From Eledone cirrhosa (taxonomy: Eukaryota): a DNA stretch of 64,000 bases. The stretch is from positions 4,774,001-4,838,000 of the forward strand of contig OZ024740.1 of NCBI GenBank assembly GCA_964016885.1. Direction: 5' to 3'. The translations under genes and the position numbers were made by a program. The notes under the pieces are model-generated. The model was given only the letters and a program-made list of their open reading frames with translations, was not told the origin of the DNA and did not search any database. Below are positions 30,801 to 48,800 of this stretch, piece by piece. The first letter of the stretch is position 1. Every line of letters begins with the position of its first letter.

Positions 30801-33800
30801 CTACCTTCACACAACTCTACTCCAAAGATTCACAACTACCTTCCACATAAATCTACTCCAAAGACTCACAACTACCTTCCACATAACTCTACTCCAAAGA
30901 CTCACAACTACCTTCCACATAACTCTACTCAAAAGACTCGCAACTACCTTCCACACAACTCTACTCCAAAGAGTCACAACTACCTTCACACAACTCTACT
31001 CCAAAGATTCACAACTACCTTCCACATAAATCTACTCCAAAGACTCACAACTACCTTCCACATAACTCTACTCCAAAGACTCACAACTACCTTCCACATA
31101 ACTCTACTCCAAAGACTCACAACTACCTTCCACATAACTCTACTCAAAAGACTCGCAACTACCTTCCACACAACTCTACTCCAAAGAGTCACAACTACCT
31201 TCCACACAACTCTACTCCAAAGAGTCACAACTACCTTCACACAACTCTACTCCAAAGACTCACAACTACCTTCCACATAACTCTACTCAAAAGACTCGCA
31301 ACTACCTTCCACACAACTCTACTCCAAAGAGTCACAACTACCTTCACACAACTCTACTCCAAAGATTCACAACTACCTTCCACATAAATCTACTCCAAAG
31401 ACTCACAACTACCTTCCACATAACTCTACTCCAAAGATTCACAACTACCTTCCACATAACGCTACTCCAAAAACTCACAACTACTTTCCACATAACTCTA
31501 CTCCAAAGATTCACAACTACCTTCCACACAACTCTACTCCAAAGACTCACAACTAACTTCCACATAACTCTACTCCAAAGACCCACAACTACCTTCCACA
31601 TAACTCTACTCCAAAGATTCACAACTACCTTCCACATAACGCTACTCCAAAGACTCACAACTACTTTCCACATAACTCTACTCCAAAGACCCACAACTAC
31701 CTTCCACATAACTCTACTCCAAAGATTCACAACTACCTTCCACATAACGCTACTCCAAAGACTCACAACTACCTTCCACACAACTCTACTCCAAAGACTC
31801 ACAACTACCTTCCACATAACTCTACTCCAAAGACTCACAACTACCTTCCACACAACTCTACTGCAAAGACTCACAACAACCTTCCACATAACTCTACTGC
31901 AAAGACTCACAACAACCTTCCACATAACTCTACTGCAAAGACTCACAACAACCTTCCACATAACTCTACTCCAAAGACTCACAACTACCTTCCACACAAC
32001 TCTACTCCAAAGACTCACAACAACCTTCCACATAACTCTACTCCAAAGACTCACAACTACCTTCCACATAACTCTACTCCAAAGACTCACAACTACCTTC
32101 CACACAACTCTACTCCAAAGACTCACAACAACCTTCCACATAACTCTACTGCAAAGACTCACAACAACCTTCCACATAACTCTACTGCAAAGACTCACAA
32201 CAACCTTCCACATAACTCTACTCCAAAGACTCACAACAACCTTCCACATAACTCTACTCCAAAGACTAACAACTACCTTCCACATAACTCTACACCAAAG
32301 ACTCACAACTACCTTCCACATAACTCTACTCCAAAGACTCACAACTACCTTCCACATAACTCTACTCCAAAGACTCACAACTACCTTCCACATAACTCTA
32401 CACCAAAGACTCACAACTACCTTCCACATAACTCTACTCCAAAGACTCACAACTACCTTCCACATAACTCTACTCCAAAGACTCACAACTACCTTCCACA
32501 CAACTCTACACCAAAGACTCACAACTACCTTCCACATAACTCTACACCAAAGACTCACAACTACCTTCCACATAACTCTACTCCAAAGACTCACAACTAC
32601 CTTCCACACAACTCTACACCAAAGACTCACAACTACCTTCCACATAACTCTACTCCAAAGACTCACAACTACCTTCCACACAACTCTACACCAAAGACTC
32701 ACAACTACCTTCCACATAACTCTACACCAAAGACTCACAACTACCTTCCACATAACTCTACTCCAAAGACTCACAACTACCTTCCACACAACTCTACACC
32801 AAAGACTAACAACTACCTTCCACATAACTCTACTCCAAAGACTCACAACTACCTTCCACACAACTCTACACCAAAGACTCACAACTACTTTCCACATAAC
32901 TCTACTCCAAAGACTCACAACTACCTTCCACACAACTCTACACCAAAGACTCACAACTACCTTCCACATAACTCTACTCCAAAGACTCACAACTACCTTC
33001 CACACAACTCTACACCAAAGACTAACAACTACCTTCCACATAACTCTACTCCAAAGACTCACAACTACCTTCCACACAACTCTACACCAAAGACTCACAA
33101 CTACTTTCCACATAACTCTACTCCAAAGACTCACAACTACCTTCCACACAACTCTACACCAAAGACTCACAACTACCTTCCACATAACTCTACTCCAAAG
33201 ACTCACAACTACCTTCCACACAACTCTACTCCAAAGACTAACAACTACTTCCACATAACTCTACTCCAAAGACTCACAACTACCTTCCACATAACTCTAC
33301 TCCAAATACTCACAACTGCCTTCCACACAACTCTACTCCAAAGACTCACAACTACCTTCCACATAACTCTACTCCAAAGACTCACAACTACCTTCCACAT
33401 AAATCTACTCCAAAGACTCACAACTACCTTCCACATAACTCTACTCCAAAGACTCACAACTACCTTCCACATAACTCTACTCCAAAGACTCACAACTACC
33501 TTCCACACAACTCTACTCCAAAGACTCACAACTACCTTCCACATAACTCTACTCCAAATACTCACAACTGCCTTCCACACAACTCTACTCCAAAGACTAA
33601 CAACTACCTTCCACATAACTCTACACCAAAGACTCACAACTACCTTCCACATAACTCTACTCCAAAGACTCACAACTACCTTCCACACAACTCTACTCCA
33701 AAGACTCACAACTACCTTCCACATAACTCTACTCCAAAGACTCACAACTACCTTCCACATAACTCTACTCCAAAGACTCACAACTACCTTCCACATAACT

Positions 33801-36800
33801 CTACTCCAAAGACTCACAACTACCTTCCACATAACTCTACTCCAAAGACTCACAACTTCCTGCTACACAACTCTACTCCAAAGACTCACAACTACCTTCC
33901 ACATAACTCTACTCCAAAGACTCACAACTTCCTTCCACACAACTCTACTCCAAAGACTCACAACTACCTTCCACATAACTCTACTCCAAAGACTCACAAC
34001 TACCTTCCACACAACTCTACTCCAAAGACTCACAACTACCTTCCACATAACTCTACTCCAAAGACTCACAACTACCTTCCACATAACTCTACTCCAAAGA
34101 CTCACAACTACCTTCCACATAACTCTACTCCAAAGACTCACAACTTCCTGCTACACAACTCTACTCCAAAGACTCACAACTACCTTCCACATAACTCTAC
34201 TCCAAAGACTCACAACTTCCTTCCACACAACTCTACTCCAAAGACTCACAACTACCTTCCACATAACTCTACTCCAAAGACTCACAACTACCTTCCACAC
34301 AACTCTACTCCAAAGACTCACAACTACCTTCCACATAACTCTACTCCAAAGACTCACAACTACCTTCCACACAACTCTACTCCAAAGACTCACAACTACC
34401 TTCCACATAACTCTACTCCAAAGACTCACAACTACCTTCCACATAACTCTACTCCAAAGACTCACAACTTCCTGCTACACAACTCTACTCCAAAGACTCA
34501 CAACTACCTTCCACATAACTCTACTCCAAAGACTCACAACTTCCTTCCACACAACTCTACTCCAAAGACTCACAACTACCTTCCACATAACTCTACTCCA
34601 AAGACTCACAACTACCTTCCACACAACTCTACTCCAAAGACTCACAACTACCTTCCACATAACTCTACTCCAAAAACTCACAACTACCTTCCACATAACT
34701 CTACTCCAAACACTCACAACTACCTGCTACACAACTCTACTCCAAAGACTCACAACTACCTTCCACATAACTCTACTCCAAAGACTCACAACTTCCTTCC
34801 ACACAACTCTACTCCAAAGACTCACAACTACCTTCCACACAACTCTACTCCAAAGACTAACAACTACCTTCCACATAACTCTACTCCAAAGACTCACAAC
34901 TACCTTCCACATAACTCTACTCCAAAAACTCACAACTACCTTCCACATAACTCTACTCCAAACACTCACAACTACCTGCTACACAACTCTACTCCAAAGA
35001 CTCACAACTACCTTCCACATAACTCTACTCCAAAGACTCACAACTACCTTCCACACAACTCTACTCCAAAGACTAACAACTACCTTCCACACAACTCTAC
35101 TCCAAAGACTCACAACTACCTTCCACATAACTCTACTCCAAAGACTCACAACTTCCTTCCACACAACTCTACTCCAAAGACTCACAACTACCTTCCACAC
35201 AACTCTACTCCAAAGACTAACAACTACCTTCCACATAACTCTACTCCAAAGACTCACAACTACCTTCCACATAACTCTACTCCAAAAACTCACAACTACC
35301 TTCCACATAACTCTACTCCAAACACTCACAACTACCTTCCACACAACTCTACTCCAAAGACTCACAACTACCTTCCACATAACTCTACTCCAAAGACTCA
35401 CAACTACCTTCCACACAACTCTACTCCAAAGACTAACAACTACCTTCCACACAACTCTACTCCAAAGATTCACAACTACCTTCCACATAACTCTACTCCA
35501 AAGACTCACAACTTCCTTCCACACAACTCTACTCCAAAGACTAACAACTACCTTCCACACAACTCTACTCCAAAGATTCACAACTACCTTCCACATAACT
35601 CTACTCCAAAGACTCACAACTTCCTTCCACACAACTCTACTCCAAAGACTCACAACTACCTTCCACACAACTCTACTCCAAAGACTAACAACTACCTTCC
35701 ACATAACTCTACTCCAAAGACTCACAACTACCTTCCACATAACTCTACTCCAAAAACTCACAACTACCTTCCACATAACTCTACTCCAAACACTCACAAC
35801 TACCTGCTACACAACTCTACTCCAAAGACTCACAACTACCTTCCACATAACTCTACTGCAAAGACTCACAACAACCTTCCACATAACTCTACTGCAAAGA
35901 CTCACAACAACCTTCCACATAACTCTACTGCAAAGACTCACAACAACCTTCCACATAACTCTACTCCAAAGACTCACAACTACCTTCCACATAACTCTAC
36001 TCCAAAGACTCACAACTACCTTCCACATAACTCTACTCCAAAGACTCACAACTACCTTCCACACAACTCTACTCCAAAGACTCACAACTACCTTCCACAT
36101 AACTCTACTCCAAAGACTCACAACTACCTTCCACACAACTCTACTCCAAAGACTCACAACTACCTTCCACACAACTCTACTCCAAAGACTAACAACTACC
36201 TTCCACATAACTCTACTCCAAAGACTCACAACTACCTTCCACATAACTCTACTCCAAAGACTCACAACTACCTTCACACAACTCTACTCCAAAGACTAAC
36301 AACTACCTTCCACATAACTCTACTCCAAAGACTCACAACTACTTTCCACATAACTCTACTCCAAAGACTAACAACTACTTTCCACATAACTCTACTCCAA
36401 AGATTCACAACTACCTTCCACATAACTCTACTCCAAAGACTCACAACTACTTTCCACATAACTCTACTCCAAAGATTCACAACTGCCTTCCACACAACTC
36501 TACTCCAAAGACTCACAACTACCTTCCACATAACTCTACTCCAAAGACTCACAACAACGTTCCACATAACTCTACTCCAAATACTCACAACTACCTTCCA
36601 CATAAATCTACTCAAAAGACTCGCAACTACCTTCCACATAACTCTACTCCAAAGACTCACAACTACCTTCCACACAACTCTACTCCAAAGAGTCACAACT
36701 ACCTTCACACAACTCTACTCCAAAGACTAACAACTACCTTCCACATAACTCTACTCCAAAGACTCACAACTACCTTCCACATAACTCTACTCCAAAGCCT

Positions 36801-39800
36801 CACAACTACCTTCCACACAACTCTACTCCAAAGCCTCACAACTACCTTCCACACAACTCTACACCAAAGACTCACAACTACCTTCCACATAACGCTACTC
36901 CAAAGACTCACAACTACCTTCCACATAACTCTACTCCAAAGACTCACAACTACCTTCCACACAACTCTACACCAAAGACTCACAACTACCTTCCACATAA
37001 CTCTACTCCAAAGCCTCACAACTACCTTCCACACAACTCTACTCCAAAGCCTCACAACTACCTTCCACACAACTCTACACCAAAGACTCACAACTACCTT
37101 CCACACAACTCTACTCCAAAGACTCACAACTACCTTCCACATAACTCTACTCCAAAGACTCACAACTACCTTCCACACAACTCTACACCAAAGACTCACA
37201 ACTACCTTCCACATAACGCTACTCCAAAGACTCACAACTACCTTCCACATAACTCTACTCCAAAGACTCACAACTACCTTCCACACAACTCTACTCCAAA
37301 GACTCACAACTACCTTCCACACAACTCTACACCAAAGACTCACAACTACCTTCCACATAACGCTACTCCAAAGACTCACAACTACCTTCCACATAACTCT
37401 ACTCCAAAGACTCACAACTACCTTCCACACAACTCTACTCCAAAGACTCACAACTACCTTCCACATAACTCTACTCCAAAGACTCACAACTACCTTCCAC
37501 ATAACTCTACTCCAAAGACTCACAACTACCTTCCACATAACTCTACTCCAAAGACTCACAACTACCTTCCACATAACTCTACTCCAAAGAGTCACAACTA
37601 CCTTCCACACAACTCTACACCAAAGACTCACAACTACCTTCCACATAACTCTACTCTGAAGACTCACAACTACCTTCCACATAACTCTACTCCAAAGACT
37701 CACAACTACCTTCCACATAACTCTACTCTGAAGACTCACAACTACCTTCCACATAACTCTACTCCAAAGCCTCACAACTACCTTCCACACAACTCTACTC
37801 CAAAGACTCACAACTACCTTCCACATAACTCTACTCCAAAGACTCACAACTACCTTCCACATAACGCTACTCCAAAGACTCACAACTACCTTCCACATAA
37901 CTCTACTCCAAAGACTCACAACTACCTTCCACACAACTCTACTCCAAAGACTCACAACTACCTTCCACATAACTCTACTCCAAAGACTCACAACTACCTT
38001 CCACATAACTCTACTCCAAAGACTCACAACTACCTTCCACATAACTCTACTCTGAAGACTCACAACTACCTTCCACATAACTCTACTCCAAAGACTCACA
38101 ACTACCTTCCACATAACTCTACTCCAAAGACTCACAACTACCTTCCACACAACTCTACTCCAAAGACTCACAACTACCTTCCACATAACTCTACTCCAAA
38201 GACTCACAACTACCTTCCACACAACTCTACTCCAAAGACTCACAACTACCTTCCACATAACTCTACTCCAAAGACTCACAACTACCTTCCACATAACTCT
38301 ACTCCAAAGACTCACAACTACCTTCCACATAACTCTACTCCAAAGACTCACAACTACCTTCCACACAACTCTACTCCAAAGACTCACAACTACCTTCCAC
38401 ATAACGCTACTCCAAAGACTCACAACTACCTTCCACATAACTCTACTCCAAAGACTCACAACTACCTTCCACACAACTCTACTCCAAAGACTCACAACTA
38501 CCTTCCACATAACTCTACTCCAAAGACTCACAACTACCTTCCACATAACTCTACTCCAAAGACCCACAACTACCTTCCACATAACTCTACTCCAAACACT
38601 CACAACTACCTTCCACACAAATCTACTCCAAAGACTCACAACTACCTTCCACATAACTCTACTCCAAAGACTCACAACTACCTTCCACACAACTCTACTC
38701 CAAAGACTCACAACTACCTTCCACATAACTCTACTCCAAAGACTCACAACTACCTTCCACATAACTCTACTCCAAAGACTCACAACTACCTTCCACACAA
38801 CTCTACACCAAAGACTCACAACTACCTTCCACACAACTCTACTCCAAAGACTCACAACTACCTTCCACATAGCTCTACTCCAAAGACTCACAACTACCTT
38901 CCACACAACTCTACACCAAAGACTCACAACTAACTTCCACATAACTCTACTCCAAAGACTCACAACTACTTTCCACATAACTCTACTCCAACGACTATCA
39001 ACTACCTTCCACATAACTCTACTCCAAAGACTCACAACTACCTTCCACATAACTCTACTCCAAAGCCTCACAACTACTTTCCACATAACTCTACTCCAAA
39101 GACTAACAACTACCTTCCACATAACTCTACTCCAAAGACTCACAACTACCTTCCACACAACTCTACACCAAAGACTCACAACTACCTTCCACATATCTCT
39201 ACTCCAAAGACTCACAACTACCTTCCACACAACTCTACACCAAAGACTCACAACTACCTTCCACATATCTCTACTCCAAAGACTCACAACTACCTTCCAC
39301 ACAACTCTACACCAAAGACTCACAACTACCTTCCACATAACTCTACTCCAAAGACTCACAACTACCTTCCACACAATTCTACACCAAAGACTCACAACTA
39401 CTTTCCACATAACTCTACTCCAAAGACTCACAACTACCTTCCACACAACTCTACACCAAAGACTCACAACTACCTTCCACATAAATCTACTCCAAAAACT
39501 CACAACTACCTTCCACATAAATCTACTCCAAAAACTCACAACTACCTTCCACATAACTCTACTCCAAAGACTCACAACTACCTTCCACACAACTCTACAC
39601 CAAAGACTCACAACTACCTTCCACATAAATCTACTCCAAAAACTCACAACTACCTTCCACATAAATCTACTCCAAAAACTCACAACTACCTTCCACATAA
39701 ATCTACTCCAAAGACTCACAACTACCTTCCACACAACTCTACACCAAAGACTCACAACTACCTTCCACATAAATCTACTCCAAAAACTCACAACTACCTT

Positions 39801-42800
39801 CCACATAACTCTACTCCAAAGACTCACAACTACCTTCCACACAACTCTACTCCAAAGCCTCACAACTACCTTCCACACAACTCTACTCCAAAGACTCACA
39901 ACTACCTTCCACACAACTCTACACCAAAGACTCACAACTACCTTCCACATAAATCTACTCCAAAAACTCACAACTACCTTCCACATAACTCTACTCCAAA
40001 GACTCACAACTACCTTCCACACAACTCTACTCCAAAGACTCACAACTACCTTCCACACAACTCTACTCCAAAGACTCACAACTACCTTCCACACAACTCT
40101 ACACCAAAGACTCACAACTACCTTCCACATAAATCTACTCCAAAAACTCACAACTACCTTCCACATAACTCTACTCCAAAGACTCACAACTACCTTCCAC
40201 ACAACTCTACACCAAAGACTCACAACTACCTTCCACATAAATCTACTCCAAAAACTCACAACTACCTTCCACATAACTCTACTCCAAAGACTCACAACTA
40301 CCTTCCACACAACTCTACACCAAAGACTCACAACTACCTTCCACATAAATCTACTCCAAAAACTCACAACTACCTTCCACATAACTCTACTCCAAAGACT
40401 CACAACTACCTTCCACACAACTCTACACCAAAGACTCACAACTACCTTCCACATAACTCTACACCAAAGACTCACAACTACCTTCCACATAACTCTACAC
40501 CAAAGACTCACAACTACCTTCCACACAACTCTACACCAAAGACTCACAACTACCTTCCACATAAATCTACTCCAAAAACTCACAACTACCTTCCACACAA
40601 CTCTACACCAAAGACTCACAACTACCTTCCACACAACTCTACTCCAAAGACTCACAACTACCTTCCACACAACTCTACACCAAAGACTCACAACTACCTT
40701 CCACACAACTCTACTCCAAAGACTCACAACTACCTTCCACACAACTCTACACCAAAGACTCACAACTACCTTCCACACAACTCTACTCCAAAGACTCACA
40801 ACTACCTTCCACACAACTCTACACCAAAGACTCACAACTACCTTCCACACAACTCTACTCCAAAGACTCACAACTACCTTCCACACAACTCTACTCCAAA
40901 GACTCACAACTACCTTCCACACAACTCTACTCCAAAGACTCACAACTACCTTCCACACAACTCTACACCAAAGACTCACAACTACCTTCCACATAAATCT
41001 ACTCCAAAAACTCACAACTACCTTCCACATAACTCTACTCCAAAGACTCACAACTACCTTCCACACAACTCTACACCAAAGACTCACAACTACCTTCCAC
41101 ATAACTCTACTCCAAAGACTCACAACTACCTTCCACACAACTCTACACCAAAGACTCACAACTACCTTCCACATAACTCTACACCAAAGACTCACAACTA
41201 CCTTCCACACAACTCTACTCCAAAGACTCACAACTACCTTCCACATAACTCTACACCAAAGACTCACAACTACCTTCCACATAACTCTACTCCAAAGACT
41301 CACAACAACCTTCCACATAACTCTACTCCAAAGACTCACAACTACCTTCCACACAACTCTACTCCAAAGACTCACAACTACCTTCCACACAACTCTACTC
41401 CAAAGACTCACAACTACCTTCACACAACTCTACACCAAAGACTCACAACTACCTTCCACATAACTCTACTCCAAAGAGTCACAACTACCTTCACACAACT
41501 CTACACCAAAGACTAACAACTACCTTCCACATAACTCTACTCCAAAGACTCACAACTACCTTCCACACAACTCTACTCCAAAGACTCCCAACTACCTTCC
41601 ACACAACTCTACACCAAAGACTCACAACTACCTTCCACACAACTCTACTCCAAAGACTAACAACTACCTTCCACACAACTCTACACCAAAGACTCACAAC
41701 TACCTTCACACAACTCTACTCCAAAGACTCACAACTACCTTCCACACAACTCTACACCAAAGACTCACAACTACCTGCCACATAACTCTACTCCAAAGAC
41801 TCACAACTACCTTCTACATAACTCTACTTTGAAGACTAACAACTACCTTCCACATAACTCTACTCCAAAGACTAACAACTACCTTCCACACAACTCTACA
41901 CCAAAGACTCACAACTACCTTCACACAACTCTACTCCAAAGACTCACAACTACCTTCCACACAACTCTACTCCAAAGACTCACAACTACCTTCCACATAA
42001 CTCTACTCCAAAGACTCACAACTACCTTCCACATAACTCTACTCCAAAGACTCACAACTACCTTCCACATAACTCTACTCCAAAGACTCACAACTACCTT
42101 CCACATAACTCTACTCCAAAGACTCACAACTACCTTCCACATAACTCTACTCCAAAGAGTCACAACTACCTTCCACATAACTCTACTCCAAAGAGTCACA
42201 ACTACCTTCCACATAACTCTACTCCAAAGACTCACAACTACCTTCCACATAACTCTACTCCAAAGACTCACAACTACCTTCCACATAACTCTACTCCAAA
42301 GAGTCACAACTACCTTCCACATAACTCTACTCCAAAGAGTCACAACTACCTTCCACATAACTCTACTCCAAAGACTCACAACTACCTTCCACATAACTCT
42401 ACTCCAAAGACTCACAACTACCTTCCACATAACTCTACACCAAAGACTCACAACTACCTTCCACATAACTCTACTCTGAAGACTCACAACTACCTTCCAC
42501 ATAACTCTACTCCAAAAACTCACAACTACCTTCCACATAACTCTACTCCAAAAACTCACAACTACCTTCCACATAACTCTACTGCAAAGACTCACAACTA
42601 CCTTCTACATAACTCTACTCCAAAGACTCACAACTACCTTCTACATAACTCTACTCCAAAGACTCACAACTACCTTCCACATAACTCTACTCCAAATACT
42701 CACAACTACCTTCTACATAACTCTACTCCAAAGACTCACAACTACCTTCCACATAACTCTACTCCAAAAACTCACAACTACCTTCTACATAACTCTACTC

Positions 42801-45800
42801 CAAAGACTCACAACTACCTTCTACATAACTCTACTCCAAAGACTCACAACTACCTTCCACATAACTCTACTCCAAAGACTCACAACTACCTTCTACATAA
42901 CTCTACTCCAAAGACTCACAACTACCTTCTACATAACTCTACTCCAAAGACTCACAACTACCTTCTACATAACTCTACTCCAAAGACTCACAACTACCTT
43001 CTACATAACTCTACTCCAAAGACTCACAACTACCTTCTACATAACTCTACTCCAAAGACTCACAACTACCTTCCACATAACTCTACTTTGAAGACTAACA
43101 ACTACCTTCCACATAACTCTACTCCAAAGACTCACAACTACCTTCCACATAACTCTACTCCAAAAACTCACAACTACCTTCCACATAACTCTACTCCAAA
43201 GACTCACAACTACCTTCCACATAACTCTACTCCAAAAACTCACAACTACCTTCCACATAACTCTACTCCAAAGACTCACAACTACCTTCTACATAAATCT
43301 ACTCCAAAGACTCACAACTACCTTCCACATAACTCTACTTTGAAGACTAACAACTACCTTCCACATAACTCTACTCCAAAGACTCACAACTACCTTCCAC
43401 ATAACTCTACTCCAAAAACTCACAACTACCTTCCACATAACTCTACTCCAAAAACTCACAACTACCTTCCACATAACTCTACTCCAAAGACTCACAACTA
43501 CCTTCCACATAACTCTACTTTGAAGACTAACAACTACCTTCCACATAACTCTACTCCAAAAACTCACAACTACCTTCTACATAACTCTACTCCAAAGACT
43601 CACAACTACCTTCCACATAACTCTACACCAAAGACTCACAACTACCTTCCACATAACTCTACTCCAAAAACTCACAACTACCTTCTACATAACTCTACTC
43701 CAAAGACTCACAACTACCTTCCACATAACTCTACACCAAAGACTCACAACTACCTTCCACATAACTCTACTCCAAAGACTCACAACTACCTTCCACATAA
43801 CTCTACTCCAAAAACTCACAACTACCTTCTACATAACTCTACTCCAAAGACTCACAACTACCTTCCACATAACTCTACTCCAAAAACTCACAACTACCTT
43901 CCACATAACTCTACTCCAAAAACTCACAACTACCTTCTACATAACTCTACTCCAAAGACTCACAACTACCTTCCACATAACTCTACTCCAAAAACTCACA
44001 ACTACCTTCCACATAACTCTACTCCAAAAACTCACAACTACCTTCCACATAACTCTACACCAAAGACTCACAACTACCTTCCACATAACTCTACTCCAAA
44101 AACTCACAACTACCTTCTACATAACTCTACTCCAAAGACTCACAACTACCTTCCACATAACTCTACTCCAAAGACTCACAACTACCTTCTACATAACTCT
44201 ACTCCAAAGACTCACAACTACCTTCCACACAACTCTACTCCAAAAACTCACAACTACCTTCCACATAACTCTACTCCAAAGACTCACAACTACCTTCCAC
44301 ATAACTCTACTCCAAAGACTCACAACTACCTTCCACATAACTCTACTCCAAAGACTCACAACTACCTTCCACATAACTCTACTCCAAAGACTCACAACTA
44401 CCTTCCACATAACTCTACTCCAAAGACTCACAACTACCTTCCACACAACTCTACTCCAAAGACTCACAACTACCTTCCACATAACTCTACTCCAAAGACT
44501 AACAACTACCTTCCACATAACTCTACTCCAAAGACTCACAACTACCTTCCACATAACTCTACTCCAAAGACTCACAACTACCTTCTACATAACTCTACTT
44601 TGAAGACTAACAACTACCTTCCACACAACTCTACACCAAAGACTCACAACTACCTTCCACACAACTCTACTCCAAAGACTCACAACTACCTTCCACATAA
44701 CTCTACTCCAAAGACTCACAACTACCTTCCACATAACTCTACTCCAAAGACTAACAACTACCTTCCACATAACTCTACTCCAAAGACTCACAACTACCTT
44801 CCACATAACTCTACTCCAAAGACTCACAACTACCTTCTACATAACTCTACTTTGAAGACTAACAACTACCTTCCACACAACTCTACACCAAAGACTCACA
44901 ACTACCTTCCACACAACTCTACTCCAAAGACTCACAACTACCTTCCACATAACTCTACTCCAAAGACTCACAACTACCTTCCACATAACTCTACACGAAA
45001 GACTCACAACTACCTTCCACACAACTCTACTCCAAAGACTCACAACTACCTTCCACACAACTCTACACCAAAGACTCACAACTACCTTCCACACAACTCT
45101 ACTCCAAAGACTCACAACTACCTTCCACATAACTCTACTCCAAAGACTCACAACTACCTTCCACATAACTCTACACGAAAGACTCACAACTACCTTCCAC
45201 ACAACTCTACTCCAAAGACTCACAACTACCTTCCACACAACTCTACACCAAAGACTCACAACTACCTTCCACACAACTCTACTCCAAAGACTCACAACTA
45301 CCTTCCACATAACTCTACTCCAAAGACTCACAACTACCTTCCACATAACTCTACACGAAAGACTCACAACTACCTTCCACACAACTCTACTCCAAAGACT
45401 AACAACTACCTTCCACACAACTCTACACCAAAGACTCACAACTACCTTCCACACAACACTACACCAAAGACTCACAACTACCTTCTACATAACTCTACTC
45501 CAAAGACTCACAACTACCTTCCACACAACTCTACTCCAAAGACTCACAACTACCTTCCACATAACTCTACTTTGAAGACTAACAACTACCTTCTACATAA
45601 CTCTACTCCAAAGACTCACAACTACCTTCCACACAACTCTACTCCAAAGACTCACAACTACCTTCCACATAACTCTACTCCAAAGACTCACAACTACCTT
45701 CTACATAACTCTACTCCAAAGACTAACAACTACTTCCACATAACTCTACTCCAAAGACTCACAACTACCTTCCATATAACTCTACTCCAAACACTCACAA

Positions 45801-48800
45801 CTACCTGCTACACAACTCTACTCCAAAGACTCACAACTACCTTCCACATAACTCTACTCCAAAGACTCACAACTACCTTCCACACAACTCTACTCCAAAG
45901 ACTCACAACTACCTTCCACACAAATCTACTCCAAAGACTCACAACTACCTTCCACATAACTCTACTCCAAAGACTCACAACTACCTTCCACATAACTCTA
46001 CTCCAAAGACTCACAACTACCTTCCACACAACTCTACTCCAAAGACTCACAACTACCTTCCACATAACTCTACTCCAAAGACTCACAACTACCTTCCACA
46101 CAACTCTACTCCAAAGACTCACAACTACCTTCCACATAACTCTACTCCAAAGACTCACAACTACCTTCCACATAACTCTACTCCAAAGACTCACAACTAC
46201 CTTCCACACAACTCTACTCCAAAGACTCACAACTACCTTCCACACAACTCTACTCCAAAGACTCACAACTACCTTCCACACAAATCTACTCCAAAGACTC
46301 ACAACTACCTTCCACATAACTCTACTCCAAAGACTCACAACTACCTTCCACATAACTCTACTCCAAAGACTCACAACTACCTTCCACATAACTCTACTCC
46401 AAAGACTCACAACTACCTTCCACACAACTCTACTCCAAAGACTCACAACTACCTTCCACATAACTCTACTCCAAAGACTCACAACTACCTTCCACATAAC
46501 TCTACTCCAAAGACTCACAACTACCTTCCACACAACTCTACTCCAAAGACTCACAACTACCTTCCACACAACTCTACTCCAAAGACTCACAACTACCTTC
46601 CACACAAATCTACTCCAAAGACTCACAACTACCTTCCACATAACTCTACTCCAAAGACTCACAACTACCTTCCACATAACTCTACTCCAAAGACTCACAA
46701 CTACCTTCCACATAACTCTACTCCAAAGACTCACAACTACCTTCCACACAACTCTACTCCAAAGACTCACAACTACCTTCCACATAACTCTACTCCAAAG
46801 ACTCACAACTACCTTCCACATAACTCTACTCCAAAGACTCACAACTACCTTCCACACAACTCTACTCCAAAGACTCACAACTACCTTCCACACAACTCTA
46901 CTCCAAAGACTCACAACTACCTTCCACACAAATCTACTCCAAAGACTCACAACTACCTTCCACATAACTCTACTCCAAAGACTCACAACTACCTTCCACA
47001 TAACTCTACTCCAAAGACTCACAACTACCTTCCACATAACTCTACTCCAAAGACTCACAACTACCTTCCACACAACTCTACTCCAAAGACTCACAACTAC
47101 CTTCCACATAACTCTACACCAAAGACTCACAACTACCTTCCACATAACTCTACTCCAAAGACTCACAACTACCTTCCACATAACTCTACTCCAAAGACTC
47201 ACAACTACCTTCCACACAACTCTACACCAAAGACTCACAACTACCTTCCACACAACTCTACTCCAAAGACTCACAACTACTTTCCACATAACTCTACTCC
47301 AAAGACTCACAACTACTTTCCACATAACTCTACTCCAAAGACTCACAACTACCTTCCACATAACTCTACTCCAAAGACTCACAACTACCTTCCACATAAC
47401 TCTACTCCAAAGACTCACAACTACCTTCCACACAACTCTACACCAAAGACTCACAACTAACTTCCACATAACTCTACTCCAAAGACTCACAACTACCTTC
47501 CACATAACTCTACTCCAAAGACTCACAACTACTTTCCACATAACTCTACTCCAAAGACTAACAACTACCTTCCACATAACTCTACTCCAAAGACTCACAA
47601 CTACCTTCCACATAACTCTACTCCAAAGACTAACAACTACCTTCCACATAACTCTACTCCAAAGACTCACAACTACCTTCCACACAACTCTACACCAAAG
47701 ACTCACAACTACCTTCCACATAACTCTACTCCAAAGACTCACAACTACCTTCCACACAACTCTACACCAAAACTCACAACTACCTTCCACACAATTCTAC
47801 ACCAAAGACTCACAACTACCTTCCACATAACTCTACTCCAAAGACTCACAACTACCTTCCACACAACTCTACACCAAAGACTCACAACTACTTTCCACAT
47901 AACTCTACACCAAAGACTCACAACTACCTTCCACATAAATCTACTCCAAAAACTCACAACTACCTTCCACACAACTCTACTGCAAAGACTCACAACTACC
48001 TTCCACACAACTCTACACCAAAGACTCACAACTACCTTCCACATAAATCTACTCCAAAAACTCACAACTACCTTCCACATAACTCTACTCCAAAGACTCA
48101 CAACTACCTTCCACACAACTCTACTCCAAAGACTCACAACTAGCTTCCACACAACACTACACCAAAGACTCACAACTACCTTCCACACAACTCTACACCA
48201 AAGACTCACAACTAGCTTCCACACAACACTACACCAAAGACTCACAACTACCTTCTACATTACTCTACTTTGAAGACTAACAACTACCTTCCACATAACT
48301 CTACTCCAAAGACTCACAACTACCTTCCACACAACTCTACTCCAAAGACTCACAACTAGCTTCCACACAACACTACACCAAAGACTCACAACTACCTTCT
48401 ACATTACTCTACTTTGAAGACTAACAACTACCTTCCACATAACTCTACTCCAAAGACTAACAACTACCTTCTACATAACTCTACTCCAAAGACTCACAAC
48501 TACCTTCCACATAACTCTACTCCAAAGACTCACAACTAGCTTCCACACAACACTACACCAAAGACTCACAACTACCTTCTACATTACTCTACTCCAAAGA
48601 CTAACAACTACCTGCTACATAACTCTACTCCAAAGACTCACAACTACCTTCCACATAACTCTACTCCAAAGACTCACAACTACCTTCCACATAACTCTAC
48701 TCCAAAGACTCACAACTACCTTCCACACAACTCTACACCAAAGACTCACAACTGCCTTCTACATAACTCTACTTTGAAGACTAACAACTACCTTCCACAT